Shown here in pieces: positions 40,763 through 50,148 of a DNA stretch of 64,000 bases. The notes beneath the pieces are model-generated. The model was given only the letters and a program-made list of their open reading frames with translations. It was not told the origin of the DNA and searched no databases. The translations under genes and the position numbers were made by a program. The stretch's first letter is position 1. The number at the start of each line of letters is the position of its first letter. The stretch comes from Candidatus Limnocylindria bacterium (lineage in GTDB: Bacteria > Chloroflexota > Limnocylindria > QHBO01), in NCBI GenBank assembly GCA_038248895.1, contig JBBRWZ010000001.1, positions 7,760 through 71,759 of the forward strand, written 5' to 3'.

Positions 40763-41659
40763 ATGGCACAACAACGACGAGACAATCGACGACCCGGCGG
40801 GGGCAGGGGTGGTTTTGAACGCGGCGATCGGGGCGGATTCGACCGTCAGGAGCGCGGCGGCTTTCCACGCGCCGAGCGCGGCGGATTCAATCCATCCGGC
40901 GCACGACCCCCGGCGGACCGTGGTGGCTTCGGCCGCCGCGACGCCGCTCCGGGCGGCTCCGGGTTCGGCGCTCGACCGGATGCCCGACCGGATGCCCGGC
41001 CGGCATTCCGCGAGGACGACGGCGGCATGAACATCCGCCTCACGCCCCGCGGCCTCGGCGCACTCAAGACGCTCGCGGGAGAGGCTGGCATGCGGCCCGG
41101 CGAGCTCGTCACGCGCTGGGTCGAGGAGCGTCTCGAGGCGGAGCGCGGAGGGGCCTCCGCGGAGCCGATGCGGACCGCGCTCGACGCCCGCATCGACGCA
41201 CTCTCGGCACGGATCGACGCGCTCGAGTCGCGAAGCACCGACGCGACGTCGCGGCCGCCCCGGGCGGATGTCGCCGGCGACGCCCCGGCGGCGAGCACGT
41301 CCACGGCTGCAGCGACGGACCCGGCCGAGACGCCCGCTCCCCGCCGGCGTGGCCGGCCACCGAAGACGGCGACGGCTGCGACCAGCCGGACCACCCCGGC
41401 GAAGCGTGGACGCCCGCGCAAGGCCGCGACGGCCGGCTCCGGCAAGCGCGTCCCGCTGCACCAAGAGATCATCGCGGTGATCACTGAGCGCGGCCCCCAG
41501 ACCGCCGCCGACCTCGCCGTCGCCATCACCGAGCGTGGTGTCTTCACGCCGCCACGCTCCGGCAAGCCGCTCGACGCCGCCTCCGTCAACAGCCGCGTCA
41601 GCAACCCCGTCTATCGCGACCGCTTCGCGCGCGACGGGCACCGCATCACGCTGGCCTGA
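40763..41659 (+). CDS. Novel DNA-binding protein. N-terminal RGGF-repeat region, ribbon-helix-helix domain, AT-hook motifs (RGRPPK, KRGRPRK), and a C-terminal HARE-HTH-like winged helix. A shorter product could start at the alternative Met at 41027.
   Basis: Five RGGF units are encoded with synonymous codon variation (agg/cgg/cgc/cgt, ggt/ggc/gga, ttt/ttc). That pattern indicates selection at the protein level. MNIRLTPRGLGALKTLAG...ELVTRWVEERL is RHH-like. LHQEIIAVITERGPQTAADLAVAITERGVF...FARDGHRITLA is HARE-HTH-like. Confidence 0.6.
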   Translation: MAQQRRDNRRPGGGRGGFERGDRGGFDRQERGGFPRAERGGFNPSGARPPADRGGFGRRDAAPGGSGFGARPDARPDARPAFREDDGGMNIRLTPRGLGALKTLAGEAGMRPGELVTRWVEERLEAERGGASAEPMRTALDARIDALSARIDALESRSTDATSRPPRADVAGDAPAASTSTAAATDPAETPAPRRRGRPPKTATAATSRTTPAKRGRPRKAATAGSGKRVPLHQEIIAVITERGPQTAADLAVAITERGVFTPPRSGKPLDAASVNSRVSNPVYRDRFARDGHRITLA

Positions 41660-41682
41660 GGGCAGCACACCTCAAACACGAC

Positions 41683-41711
41683 GATGGCCGCCGGTGATCC
41701 CGGCGGCCATC
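41683..41711. terminator. Perfect 12-bp stem / 5-nt loop hairpin (GATGGCCGCCGG-TGATC-CCGGCGGCCATC) between the convergent RHH-HARE gene and the dodecin gene. Putative bidirectional terminator.
   Basis: Read directly. The stem is a perfect reverse complement. Confidence 0.55.
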
Positions 41712-41733
41712 TCGATGTGCGGTCCGGCAGCGG

Positions 41734-41937
41734 TCAGTCCTCGAGGACGAACGTCACCAGGATGTTGGCCTGGAACTCGACGGTCCCGTCGCGGCTGACG
41801 TTGACGCGCTGCTCCTTCACCCAGGCGCTGCGCACCTGGCGCAGCGTCTTGTTGGCGCGCTCGATGCCATCCTTGATGGCGGTCTCGAAGCTCTCGGTGG
41901 AGGTGCAGGACAGCTCGGTGACGCGTGCGACAGACAT
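41734..41937 (-). CDS. Dodecin family flavin-binding protein
   Basis: 67 aa with the dodecin beta-alpha-beta-beta pattern (VARVTELSCTSTESFETAIKDGIERA...VTFVLED). Confidence 0.7.
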   Translation of the reverse strand: MSVARVTELSCTSTESFETAIKDGIERANKTLRQVRSAWVKEQRVNVSRDGTVEFQANILVTFVLED

Positions 41938-42004
41938 CGGTCAGTCTCCTCGTGCTTGGTGCGGCGTTGGTTCGCGTTCCGATGATGCACGAGCCGGACC
42001 ACCC

Positions 42005-43036
42005 CTAGCCGCCGTGTGACGCCGTCCACGCCAGCAACTCGTCCGCGGGGAGGGCGTTGACGAGCATCGCCGGCGTGACGCCGCAGCGGAATCCCCGCTC
42101 CGCGCCATTGCGCAGCCACGCCAGCTGTCCGGGCGCATGCGCATCCGAATCGATGCTGAAGCGACAGCCGGCCTCCACCGCGAGGCGCAGCAGGCGCTTC
42201 GGCGGATCCTGGCGCTCCGGTCGCGCGTTGATCTCGATCGCCTTGTCGAAGCGCAGGGCGGCGGCGAAGACAATCTCGGCGTCGAACGTTGATTCCGGCC
42301 GCTTGCGCTTGCCCGTGGTCATGCGGCCGGTGATGTGGCCGAGGATGTCGAGGTGTGGGTCGGCCAGCGCCGTGACCAGCCGCCGCGTCATGGGTGCCGC
42401 TTCCATCCGCAGCTCCGAGTGGGCGCTGCCGACGACGACGTCGAGCCGGTCGAGCAGCGCCGGCTCCTGGTCGAGCGCACCGTCGGCGAGGATGTCGACC
42501 TCGATGCCCGTCAGGATCCGGAACGGCGCCAGCTCGGCATTCAGCTGCGCCACCTCATCCAGCTGGGCCTGCAGGCGCGCCGGCGAGAGGCCATTCGCCA
42601 CGGTGAGCCGGGGGGAATGGTCGGTCAGCACGATGTAGTCGTGCCCGAGGTCGCGGGCCACCTCCGCCATCTCGCGGATCGGCGCGCCGCCATCCGACTG
42701 CTCGGAATGGACGTGGCAGTCACCGCGCAGCGCGTCGAGCAGCGCCGCCGTTCCGTCGTCCACCGGTACCAGGCCGGTCGCCTCGAGACGGCGGAGGTAG
42801 ATCGGCTCGTCGCCGTGCAGCGATTCGAGCACCGTGCGCTCGGTGACCTCACCGATGCCGCTCAGCTCGCGCAACGTGCCGGCGGCGGCCCGCGACGCCA
42901 GCTCCGCACTGCCGATGCCGGCGACCGTGGATGCGGCCGAGCGAAACGCGCGCACCCGGTAGCCGGGCTCCGAGGCGGCCTCCAGCAGGAAGGCGATGCG
43001 GCGCAGGTCGGCAACTGGATCGCGGGGATCGGGCAT
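42005..43036 (-). CDS. PHP-domain phosphoesterase with N-terminal helix-hairpin-helix region (truncated PolX-like)
   Basis: The PHP metal-binding His/Asp motifs (CHVHSEQSDG, HDYIVLTDHSP, the HAPGQ region) are preceded by about 100 aa resembling the PolX 8-kDa/HhH region. 343 aa. Confidence 0.65.
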   Translation of the reverse strand: MPDPRDPVADLRRIAFLLEAASEPGYRVRAFRSAASTVAGIGSAELASRAAAGTLRELSGIGEVTERTVLESLHGDEPIYLRRLEATGLVPVDDGTAALLDALRGDCHVHSEQSDGGAPIREMAEVARDLGHDYIVLTDHSPRLTVANGLSPARLQAQLDEVAQLNAELAPFRILTGIEVDILADGALDQEPALLDRLDVVVGSAHSELRMEAAPMTRRLVTALADPHLDILGHITGRMTTGKRKRPESTFDAEIVFAAALRFDKAIEINARPERQDPPKRLLRLAVEAGCRFSIDSDAHAPGQLAWLRNGAERGFRCGVTPAMLVNALPADELLAWTASHGG

Positions 43037-43055
43037 GTCGCGAGGACAGACCGCG

Positions 43056-43979
43056 TCAGGCGACGGTGAGGAGTCGCCGTGGGTTGCCCACGGTCATGGT
43101 CGTGATCTCTCCCTCGCCCACCGCGGCCGTCCGCAGGCGCGGCAGGAAGTGCTGCTGCAGGTACGTGTAGCCGAAGCCGCCGTTCGCCTTGAGCTGGCTG
43201 TTGTGGCAGACGTCCTGGCTCAGCAGGATCTGGCCGGCGAAGCCGCGGTCGACGAGTTCGACGATGAGCTCCACCAGGCGCGGTTCGGCCGCCTCCGCGG
43301 ACGCGAACCGGTGGCCGAGGAAGTCGAACTCGAGGTTCGCGCCGGCGTCGAGGATTGCCAGGTAGTGGTCGAGGTCGACCAGCGAATCCGCATGACCGAT
43401 GACGACCCTGGCCGGATCCACGCCCTCGTCAACGAAGAGGGCAAGCTGCGCCTGACCGACCCGCGACGCCACACCGTGGGTGGTGATCGCCATGCCGGTG
43501 GCGAGCGACGCGCGGGCCGCGGCACGATGCACGCGCTCCTCCGCCGGGCTGACCCACGGCTTGTCGGTGCCGATCTCACCGATGATGCCCGGACGAATGC
43601 CGCTCCCGCCGACACCATCCCGGAACTCGGCGATCAGCTCCGCCGCCAGCTCGTCGACCGACCGACGGTCGATGCGTGCCTCCGCCGGGTAGTACGGCTC
43701 GCGGTACCAACCGCAGCCCATGACGATCTGGATGCCGCTCGCGGACGCGATCCGCCGCAGCCGCTCCGGGTCACGGCCCACGCCGGGGAGCGTGAGGTCG
43801 ACCAGGGTCGCGGGCCCCCGACGGCGGAGGTCGCGCAGCTCGGGGAGGATGAGCTCGTCATCCGGCGTCAGCTCCCAGTAATCCCAGCGGCCGGGGACGT
43901 GCCACAGCGCGATGCCCAGGTGCTCGTGCGGCAGCGTGAAGCCGACCCGCTCCGGCGGGATCGGTCCGGTCACGGTCAT
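43056..43979 (-). CDS. Phosphotriesterase-related protein (aryldialkylphosphatase / amidohydrolase PTE family)
   Basis: 307 aa from the internal Met. The N-terminal metal-binding motif GFTLPHEHL and downstream His/Asp ligands. Confidence 0.75.
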   Translation of the reverse strand: MTVTGPIPPERVGFTLPHEHLGIALWHVPGRWDYWELTPDDELILPELRDLRRRGPATLVDLTLPGVGRDPERLRRIASASGIQIVMGCGWYREPYYPAEARIDRRSVDELAAELIAEFRDGVGGSGIRPGIIGEIGTDKPWVSPAEERVHRAAARASLATGMAITTHGVASRVGQAQLALFVDEGVDPARVVIGHADSLVDLDHYLAILDAGANLEFDFLGHRFASAEAAEPRLVELIVELVDRGFAGQILLSQDVCHNSQLKANGGFGYTYLQQHFLPRLRTAAVGEGEITTMTVGNPRRLLTVA

Positions 43980-44129
43980 GACATGCGATGCCACGGCTAT
44001 CCTCCAGCTCGGCGATGACGGCGCTGCCGACGCGTTCCACGTTGCGCAATGGCGTGGCGCCCGCACCGGTCGCGGCGTAGTCTGGGACCGACGTCACCGC
44101 TCGGTCAATGACGGAGGAAGTCGCCAGTC

Positions 44130-45386
44130 GTGCCGACCACGCGAGCAGCCAACCTGTGGACCATCGCCCAGCGCCGCCTCGACGCCGCCGCGGAGCGGCT
44201 GGAGCTCGACGACGGGATGCGGCGGGTGCTCCGCGCACCGAAGCGGGAGCTGACGGTCACCTTCCCGGTGACCCGCGACGACGGCAGCGTCGCCGTCTAC
44301 ACCGGACACCGCGTTCATCACAACGTCAACCGCGGTCCGGCCACCGGCGGCATCCGCTACGTGCCGGACCTCACCCTCGACGACCTGCGCGCCCTCGCCA
44401 TGGCGAATACGTGGAAAGCCGCGCTGGTCCAGATCCCGTTCGGTGGCGCGATGGGCGGGGTACGCGTCGACCCGAAGCAGCTCTCCGTCACCGAGCGCGA
44501 GGGGATGACGCGCCGCTTCGCGACCGAGATCGGACCGATCACCGGGCCGGACCGTGATATCCCGTCGCCGGACGTGAACACCGGCTCGATCACCATGGCC
44601 TGGATGATGGATACCTACTCCATGCATCGCGGCCATACCGTCCCCGGATCGGTGATCGGCAAGCCGCTCGCCATCGGCGGATCGGAGGGCCGGCGCGAGG
44701 CGACCAGCCTGGGGGCAGTGACGGCGCTCGAGGCGGTGGCGCGCACCACCGGCATCCAGCTGGTCGGGGCGCGCGTCGTCATCCAGGGCTTCGGGCGCGT
44801 CGGCACCATCCTCGCGCGACGCCTCGACCGGCTCGGGGCGCGCATCGTGGCGATCGCGGACGACAGCAACGGCGTGACCAGAGCGGACGGGATCGATGTC
44901 GACGCCGCGGTGCGGTGGATGCGAGAGCGCGACGCCATCACCGACCTCGCCGACACCGAGGCGGCTGACAAGGACTCCCTCCTCGAGCTGCCGTGCGACA
45001 TCCTCGTCTTCGCCGGCCTCCAGGGCCAGCTCGACGGCGAGAACGCGTCACGCGTCGGTGCGCGGCTCGTGGCCGAGGTCGCCGGCGGCGCGGTGTCGCC
45101 CGAGGCGGACGTCGCCCTCTCCGACCGCGGCATCCCGGTGATCCCCGATATTCTCTGCTCGGCCGGCGGCCTGGTCGTCGGCTACTTCGAATGGGTGCAG
45201 GACATGCAGGCGTTCTTCTGGAATCGGGAGCAGGTCGCGAAGGAGCTCGAGCAGGTGATGGAGCGGGCGGTCGCGTCGGTCTATGACCTCGCCAAGCGCA
45301 GCCGCGTCACGCTCCGCGAGGCAGCCGAGATGGTCGCCGTCGAACGCGTGGCGCAGGCGACCCAGCTGCGCGGGCTCTACCCGTAG
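44130..45386 (+). CDS. gdhA: Glutamate dehydrogenase, copy 2 (paralog of the 19726-20994 gene)
   Basis: 418 aa with the same family motifs (FGGAMGG catalytic region, Rossmann fold). Roughly 55-60% identical to copy 1 by eye. Confidence 0.9.
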   Translation: MPTTRAANLWTIAQRRLDAAAERLELDDGMRRVLRAPKRELTVTFPVTRDDGSVAVYTGHRVHHNVNRGPATGGIRYVPDLTLDDLRALAMANTWKAALVQIPFGGAMGGVRVDPKQLSVTEREGMTRRFATEIGPITGPDRDIPSPDVNTGSITMAWMMDTYSMHRGHTVPGSVIGKPLAIGGSEGRREATSLGAVTALEAVARTTGIQLVGARVVIQGFGRVGTILARRLDRLGARIVAIADDSNGVTRADGIDVDAAVRWMRERDAITDLADTEAADKDSLLELPCDILVFAGLQGQLDGENASRVGARLVAEVAGGAVSPEADVALSDRGIPVIPDILCSAGGLVVGYFEWVQDMQAFFWNREQVAKELEQVMERAVASVYDLAKRSRVTLREAAEMVAVERVAQATQLRGLYP

Positions 45387-45392
45387 CTTTCC

Positions 45393-45809
45393 TCAGGGCC
45401 CCTGGGGGGCGGCGACGGCCGCCATCGGCGTCGACCGTGGACGGACCAGTCCGCGTTGATCGTCAGCATCGGTAGGCGTCGCGAACGACATCGCAAACTC
45501 GAGCGCCACGGATTCGTTGAGGTCAATGCCCGCAACGCTCGCCAGCTGACGCTTGAACCACAGGTCGTGCGCGTCCATCGATACCGACAGCAGCGCGAAG
45601 GCCCGGACCGGGTCCTCGCTGTCGATCATGCCGATCAGCAGCTCCCCCGCCTCGACCCGGCCCAGGAACCATCGCGCACCACCGATGCCCACACGTCGTT
45701 CGCATCGCTCCTGCTCGGCGCGGCGCCCATCAGCAAGCTCGCGCATGAAGCCGCGCGCCGACTCCCCCCGGCCGGGCAGAAGCGAGACCACGACGCAGTG
45801 TTCGGGCAT
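45393..45809 (-). CDS. Small hypothetical protein (about 138 aa), possibly an ABM/Dabb-like alpha+beta barrel
   Basis: High-GC3 reading frame (MPEHCVVVSLLPGRGESARGFMRE...) downstream of the LAL regulator gene. Hidden in the ORF track as the C-terminal tail of a 677-aa Arg-rich artefact ORF. Confidence 0.4.
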   Translation of the reverse strand: MPEHCVVVSLLPGRGESARGFMRELADGRRAEQERCERRVGIGGARWFLGRVEAGELLIGMIDSEDPVRAFALLSVSMDAHDLWFKRQLASVAGIDLNESVALEFAMSFATPTDADDQRGLVRPRSTPMAAVAAPQGP

Positions 45810-45877
45810 GGACCGATGGTCACCCGCGGCTCCGCCACCGCGCATTGGGCTGCGCCTTATTTCTGGGCCGATTCGCC

Positions 45878-48877
45878 TTACTCGGGATCCCCGGGTCCGA
45901 CGAGCCCGAGCCCGATCCCCGCGGTCGCGGCCTCGATGCGTGTCGCAACGCCGAGCTTGGCCTTGATATTGGTGACATGCACCGACGCCGTCTTGGCGGT
46001 GATGAACAGCCGCTCGGCGATCTCGTGATTTGACCGTCCGGCGGCCACCAGGCGCAGGACCTCTCGTTCGCGCGCCGAGAGGAGGCCGCTGGCGCGCGTC
46101 GCGGCCGGTGCACCGGCTCCGTCGAGGTGGATGCGTCCGCGCCGGGCAAGCTCCCGCACGGCGGCGACAATCGGTTCGGCGCCCATCGCCGATGCCAGGC
46201 GATGCGCGGCCTGGAGCGGATCGCGCGCCTCGTCGGCACCGGCACCGCCGGCGGCGAGCGCGGCGGCCCCGTGGCGCCAGCGAGCGACCGCCTCGTCGAA
46301 GCGGTGCTCCAGCGCGGACCACTGCGTCGCGGCGACCTCCCAGAGGCGGGCGTCGTCGCACCCCATTGCCCGCGCGTGCTCGGCGAGCAGCTGCTGCCGG
46401 TCGGCGGCGAGGTGCGCCGAGGGGGGGCCGTTCACCGTCAGCACGCGCACGTGCCGGTCGAACCGCGCACCGAGCGCTTCGGCGACCGCCTCGAGCTCGC
46501 CGATGCGCGACGTGTCGAGCCGAACCGCGGGAAGCTCGCGGAGGTCGCCGATGGCGCGCAGCCCGTGGATGCAGAGCCAGCGCCACTCCGCGGATCGGTC
46601 GGGATGGCCCCCGGCTTCGAGTGCCGCGATCCCGGCCAGCGCCTGCGCGAGCGCGTCCTCCGGCCGCCCGGCCCAGAGCGCCGCGTGCGCGCGCTGCTCG
46701 TGCGGGCCGGTCCAACCGGTGACGCGCGGTGTCGTGGCCAGGCGGTCGACCGTGTCGAGCGCGTCCTGCGCGACGGCCGCATCGCCCCGTGCCGCGGCCA
46801 GCTGGGCGGCCACGAGGGCGAGCCACGCCTGCGGCAGACCGCGCGGGCCGCGCGCCAGCCCGGCTTCGAGGAGCGCCTCGCATCGGTCCCAGTCGCCGAG
46901 GAGGAAGGCGCGGTCGATGGCAATCGCGTTGGTGGTCTCGCCGTAGGTGTGCTGCATCCCTGCCGCCTGGACGGCCTCGACCCCCTCGACCACGACATCG
47001 AACGCCTCGCGCAGACGGCCCGATTCGTGGAGCGCCTCGGACAGGTTCGATCGGTCGATGGCCTCGTCGTCGAGCCGGCCGAGGTGCGTCGAAATCTCGA
47101 GCGCGGCGGAGAGGGTCTCGATCGCCTCCTCGGGCATGCCGTTGCGGAGCTGCGCGATGCCGAGCACACCGAGCGCTCGCCCCTCCTCGGTCGCGGCCCC
47201 CACCTGACGCGCCACGTCGGTTGCTTCGGCGGCGAGGGCCAACGCCTCGTCCAGGTCGGCACCCATGACGAGCGCCGAGGCGAGCCTGGACAGCACCCAG
47301 GACCGCTCGGCGGTGGCGGGCTCCGCCGGCACGAGGGCGACGGCGGCTCGCCGATGGCGGGTGAAGGCCTCCGTGTTTCCCACCAGCCAATAGGCCTCGC
47401 CGGCCCGCACGTGGAGCAGCCCGCACGTCACCGGGTCACCGTCCACCGCCAGCGCCACGGCTCGCTCCCATAGCTCGGCGGCGCGTGCGAACTCCCCGCA
47501 CGCCTGCGCCGCCTGGGCGGCCATGCGCGTCATTGCGGGCAGGTCGAGGTCGATCGTCTCGAGCGCCGCCGGGTCCAGCTCCACGATCGCCAGGGCGCGG
47601 TCGAGGGCGCCGAATGCCTCCGCCTGGGCGAACGCCGCCTGCGCCGCCTGGGCGGCCTGCACGAGCGCCGGCAGGGCGCGTCGCTCGTCACCGGCGCGCA
47701 GCCAGTGGTTCGCCAGCTCGGCGGCGGCGCGGGGCGGCGATGGATCGCCGAGCTCGGGCATCCCGTCGAGCACGACGGCGTAGGCGCGGTGGAGCCGCAG
47801 CCGCTCGCCGGGGAGGAGATCCTCGTAGATCGCCTCCGCGGTCAGCGGGTGCCTGAACCGATAGCGCGCCGTCGCCGGGTCGGGGGTGAGGATGGCGCGG
47901 TCGACCGCCTCGCGCAGTGCTTCGAGAAGGCGGTCGTCGCGGAGATCGGCGACCGCCTCGAGGAGGGGATGGGTCACCGACAAGCCGACGCTGATGATGC
48001 GCAACAGTCGACGCGATGGCTCGGAGAGGCCACGGACGCGTGCCAGCAACGTCTCGCGCAGCCCGGTCGACAGCGTCGCGCTTCCGTTCGAGGCGAGCAG
48101 CTCCTCGGTGTAGAACGGGTTGCCATCGCTCCGTGCATACGTCTGGGCCAGCAGGTCCTCCGACGGCTGGCGGCCGAGGATCGCCGCCACCTGCGCGTCG
48201 TGCTCGTCACGGGTCAACCGTTCGAGCCGCAGGCTCGTCACCCGTTCGATGCGTCCCAGCTCCGCCAGGAGCGGCGTCACCGGGTGGCGCGAATGGAGCG
48301 CATCGGTTCGAATCGTCACCGCCAGGACGACCCGTGCGAACTGGAGCGTCCGTCCGATGAACCCGACGAGCTCGCGCGTCGAGCGGTCCGCCCATTGGAG
48401 GTCCTCGATCACCAGGAGCGTCGGACACGAGCGGCCGAGGCGACCCATCACACCGAGCACCTGCCCGAAGAGGCGCGTCTGCGCCAGCCCGGGGTCCGAG
48501 GCATCGAGCGCCAGCGACGGCCCCAGGTCAGGGAAGAGACGCGCCAGCTCGGGTCGGGCCCGGCCGATCGCCTCCTCCGCGGCCGGGTCTCCCGCGAGCG
48601 CGTCGTCGACGACGGGCCGCAGCGCCTCGAGGACCGGCACGTACGGCAGGTTCGCCTCGTCGATCTCCATGCTGCCGCCGACGAGCGCCCGCCCACCGGA
48701 GTCCCGGACGCGCATGGCGAACTCGGAGACGAGGCGTGACTTGCCGATCCCCGCTTCGCCGAGGACGAGCGCGGTCGCAGCCGACCGACCGCTCGCCGCC
48801 TCCTCGAAGAGCGACATCAGGCGACCGAGCTCGGCGGCGCGTCCGATCAGGATTGGGCTCGAGCCGGCGCGGACCAT
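45878..48877 (-). CDS. LAL-family (large ATP-binding LuxR) transcriptional regulator
   Basis: 999 aa. N-terminal AAA/P-loop (GEAGIGKSRL), central TPR-like helical repeats, and a C-terminal LuxR HTH (EREVLRLVAAGRSNHEIAERLFITAKTASVHVTNIKAKLG). Confidence 0.85.
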   Translation of the reverse strand: MVRAGSSPILIGRAAELGRLMSLFEEAASGRSAATALVLGEAGIGKSRLVSEFAMRVRDSGGRALVGGSMEIDEANLPYVPVLEALRPVVDDALAGDPAAEEAIGRARPELARLFPDLGPSLALDASDPGLAQTRLFGQVLGVMGRLGRSCPTLLVIEDLQWADRSTRELVGFIGRTLQFARVVLAVTIRTDALHSRHPVTPLLAELGRIERVTSLRLERLTRDEHDAQVAAILGRQPSEDLLAQTYARSDGNPFYTEELLASNGSATLSTGLRETLLARVRGLSEPSRRLLRIISVGLSVTHPLLEAVADLRDDRLLEALREAVDRAILTPDPATARYRFRHPLTAEAIYEDLLPGERLRLHRAYAVVLDGMPELGDPSPPRAAAELANHWLRAGDERRALPALVQAAQAAQAAFAQAEAFGALDRALAIVELDPAALETIDLDLPAMTRMAAQAAQACGEFARAAELWERAVALAVDGDPVTCGLLHVRAGEAYWLVGNTEAFTRHRRAAVALVPAEPATAERSWVLSRLASALVMGADLDEALALAAEATDVARQVGAATEEGRALGVLGIAQLRNGMPEEAIETLSAALEISTHLGRLDDEAIDRSNLSEALHESGRLREAFDVVVEGVEAVQAAGMQHTYGETTNAIAIDRAFLLGDWDRCEALLEAGLARGPRGLPQAWLALVAAQLAAARGDAAVAQDALDTVDRLATTPRVTGWTGPHEQRAHAALWAGRPEDALAQALAGIAALEAGGHPDRSAEWRWLCIHGLRAIGDLRELPAVRLDTSRIGELEAVAEALGARFDRHVRVLTVNGPPSAHLAADRQQLLAEHARAMGCDDARLWEVAATQWSALEHRFDEAVARWRHGAAALAAGGAGADEARDPLQAAHRLASAMGAEPIVAAVRELARRGRIHLDGAGAPAATRASGLLSAREREVLRLVAAGRSNHEIAERLFITAKTASVHVTNIKAKLGVATRIEAATAGIGLGLVGPGDPE

Positions 48878-49040
48878 GCCCCCCGATTATCCGCCCTGCG
48901 CCACCCCGCCGCGCGGGTTGAGCCGGGTCGCCCGACGTGGCGATGGGCGGCGCATGCGAGAATGGTCGTTCCACGTATCCCTACGTGCGCGTCGTTCGAC
49001 CGCGGTGCGCGTCGCCACACCCCGCTGGAGATCCGACCGT

Positions 49041-49976
49041 ATGACCGAGCCCTTCGCCTCCCCGCGCGACCTGCTCACCGAACTCGAGCCCGCCGCCGAG
49101 CGCCTCATGAGCCGTCATGTTGCGATGGCAAAGGAATGGTTCCCCCACGACTACATCCCGTACTCGATGGGTCGCGACTTCGACAGGGAGCCATGGACGC
49201 CTGACCAGCCACGCATCAGCGGCGTCGCACAGATCGCCTTCGAGGTGAACCTGCTGACCGAGGACAACCTGCCCTCGTACCACCGCGAGATCCACCGCAT
49301 GTTCGGCAACGGCGATGGCGCGTGGATCAACTGGGTCAACCGCTGGACGGCGGAGGAGGGGCGCCACGCGATCGTCCTGCGCGACTACCTGGTCGTCACC
49401 CGCAACATCGATCCGTACGCGCTCGAACGCTCACGCATGAACCAGCTCCAGGTCGCGTACAACCACGACGATGGGGGGAACGTGCTGCGCGGTCTCGCGT
49501 ACGTTGCGTTCCAGGAGCTCGCCACGCGGATCAGCCACCGCAACACCGGCCGCTACTCGTCGGACCCGGTCGCCGATCGCATCATGGCGCGCATCGCCGC
49601 GGACGAGAACCTGCACATGGTGTTCTACCGCGACATGCTGAGCGAGGCGCTGCTGCTGGACCCGTCGGCGGCGGTGATGGCCGTTGCGGACGAGGTGATC
49701 GCGTTCGAGATGCCGGGCGCCGGCATGGAGAACTTCACCCGCAAGGCGGCGCAGATGGCGAAGGCCGGCATCTACGACCTGCGCATCCACCACGACGAGG
49801 TCGTCTGGCCCCTGCTGCGGCACTGGGGCGTGTTCGAGCTCGAGCACCTCTCCCCCGCCGCCGAGCAGCGGCGTGACGAGCTCAAGACGTTCCTGGACCG
49901 GCTGGATGCCACGGCCGCGCGCTTCGAGGCCCGTCGCGCGGCGACCGTCGAGCGCGAAGGCGCGGTCGCCGGCTAG
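49041..49976 (+). CDS. Acyl-ACP desaturase (soluble di-iron, DesA1/DesA2-like)
   Basis: 311 aa. The N-terminal WFPHDYIPY motif and the di-iron ligand motifs (EENRH-type: AEEGRHA, DENLHM). Divergent from the LAL regulator. Confidence 0.75.
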   Translation: MTEPFASPRDLLTELEPAAERLMSRHVAMAKEWFPHDYIPYSMGRDFDREPWTPDQPRISGVAQIAFEVNLLTEDNLPSYHREIHRMFGNGDGAWINWVNRWTAEEGRHAIVLRDYLVVTRNIDPYALERSRMNQLQVAYNHDDGGNVLRGLAYVAFQELATRISHRNTGRYSSDPVADRIMARIAADENLHMVFYRDMLSEALLLDPSAAVMAVADEVIAFEMPGAGMENFTRKAAQMAKAGIYDLRIHHDEVVWPLLRHWGVFELEHLSPAAEQRRDELKTFLDRLDATAARFEARRAATVEREGAVAG

Positions 49977-50148
49977 CGGCGCCGGGCACCCGTCGAGCCG
50001 CCGGTCAGGCGTCGGAGCAGGCGAACCATCAGGAAGCCGAAGATCAATCGGCGCAGCAGTGCGAACATGAGCGCCGCCAATGCATGCGCTGTGCCGCGAC
50101 CGCAGCCGCATGTTGCGGCGGCATCGACCGTGCACGCACACTGAGCCC

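Noticed and set aside
45393-47426. 677-aa Arg/Gly-rich ORF, and the 45456..46028 plus-strand ORF
   Set aside because: The large ORF is antisense to the well-supported LAL regulator gene. Only its last 138 codons (45393-45809) have normal composition, and I report those separately. The plus-strand alternative has lower GC3 and no features.
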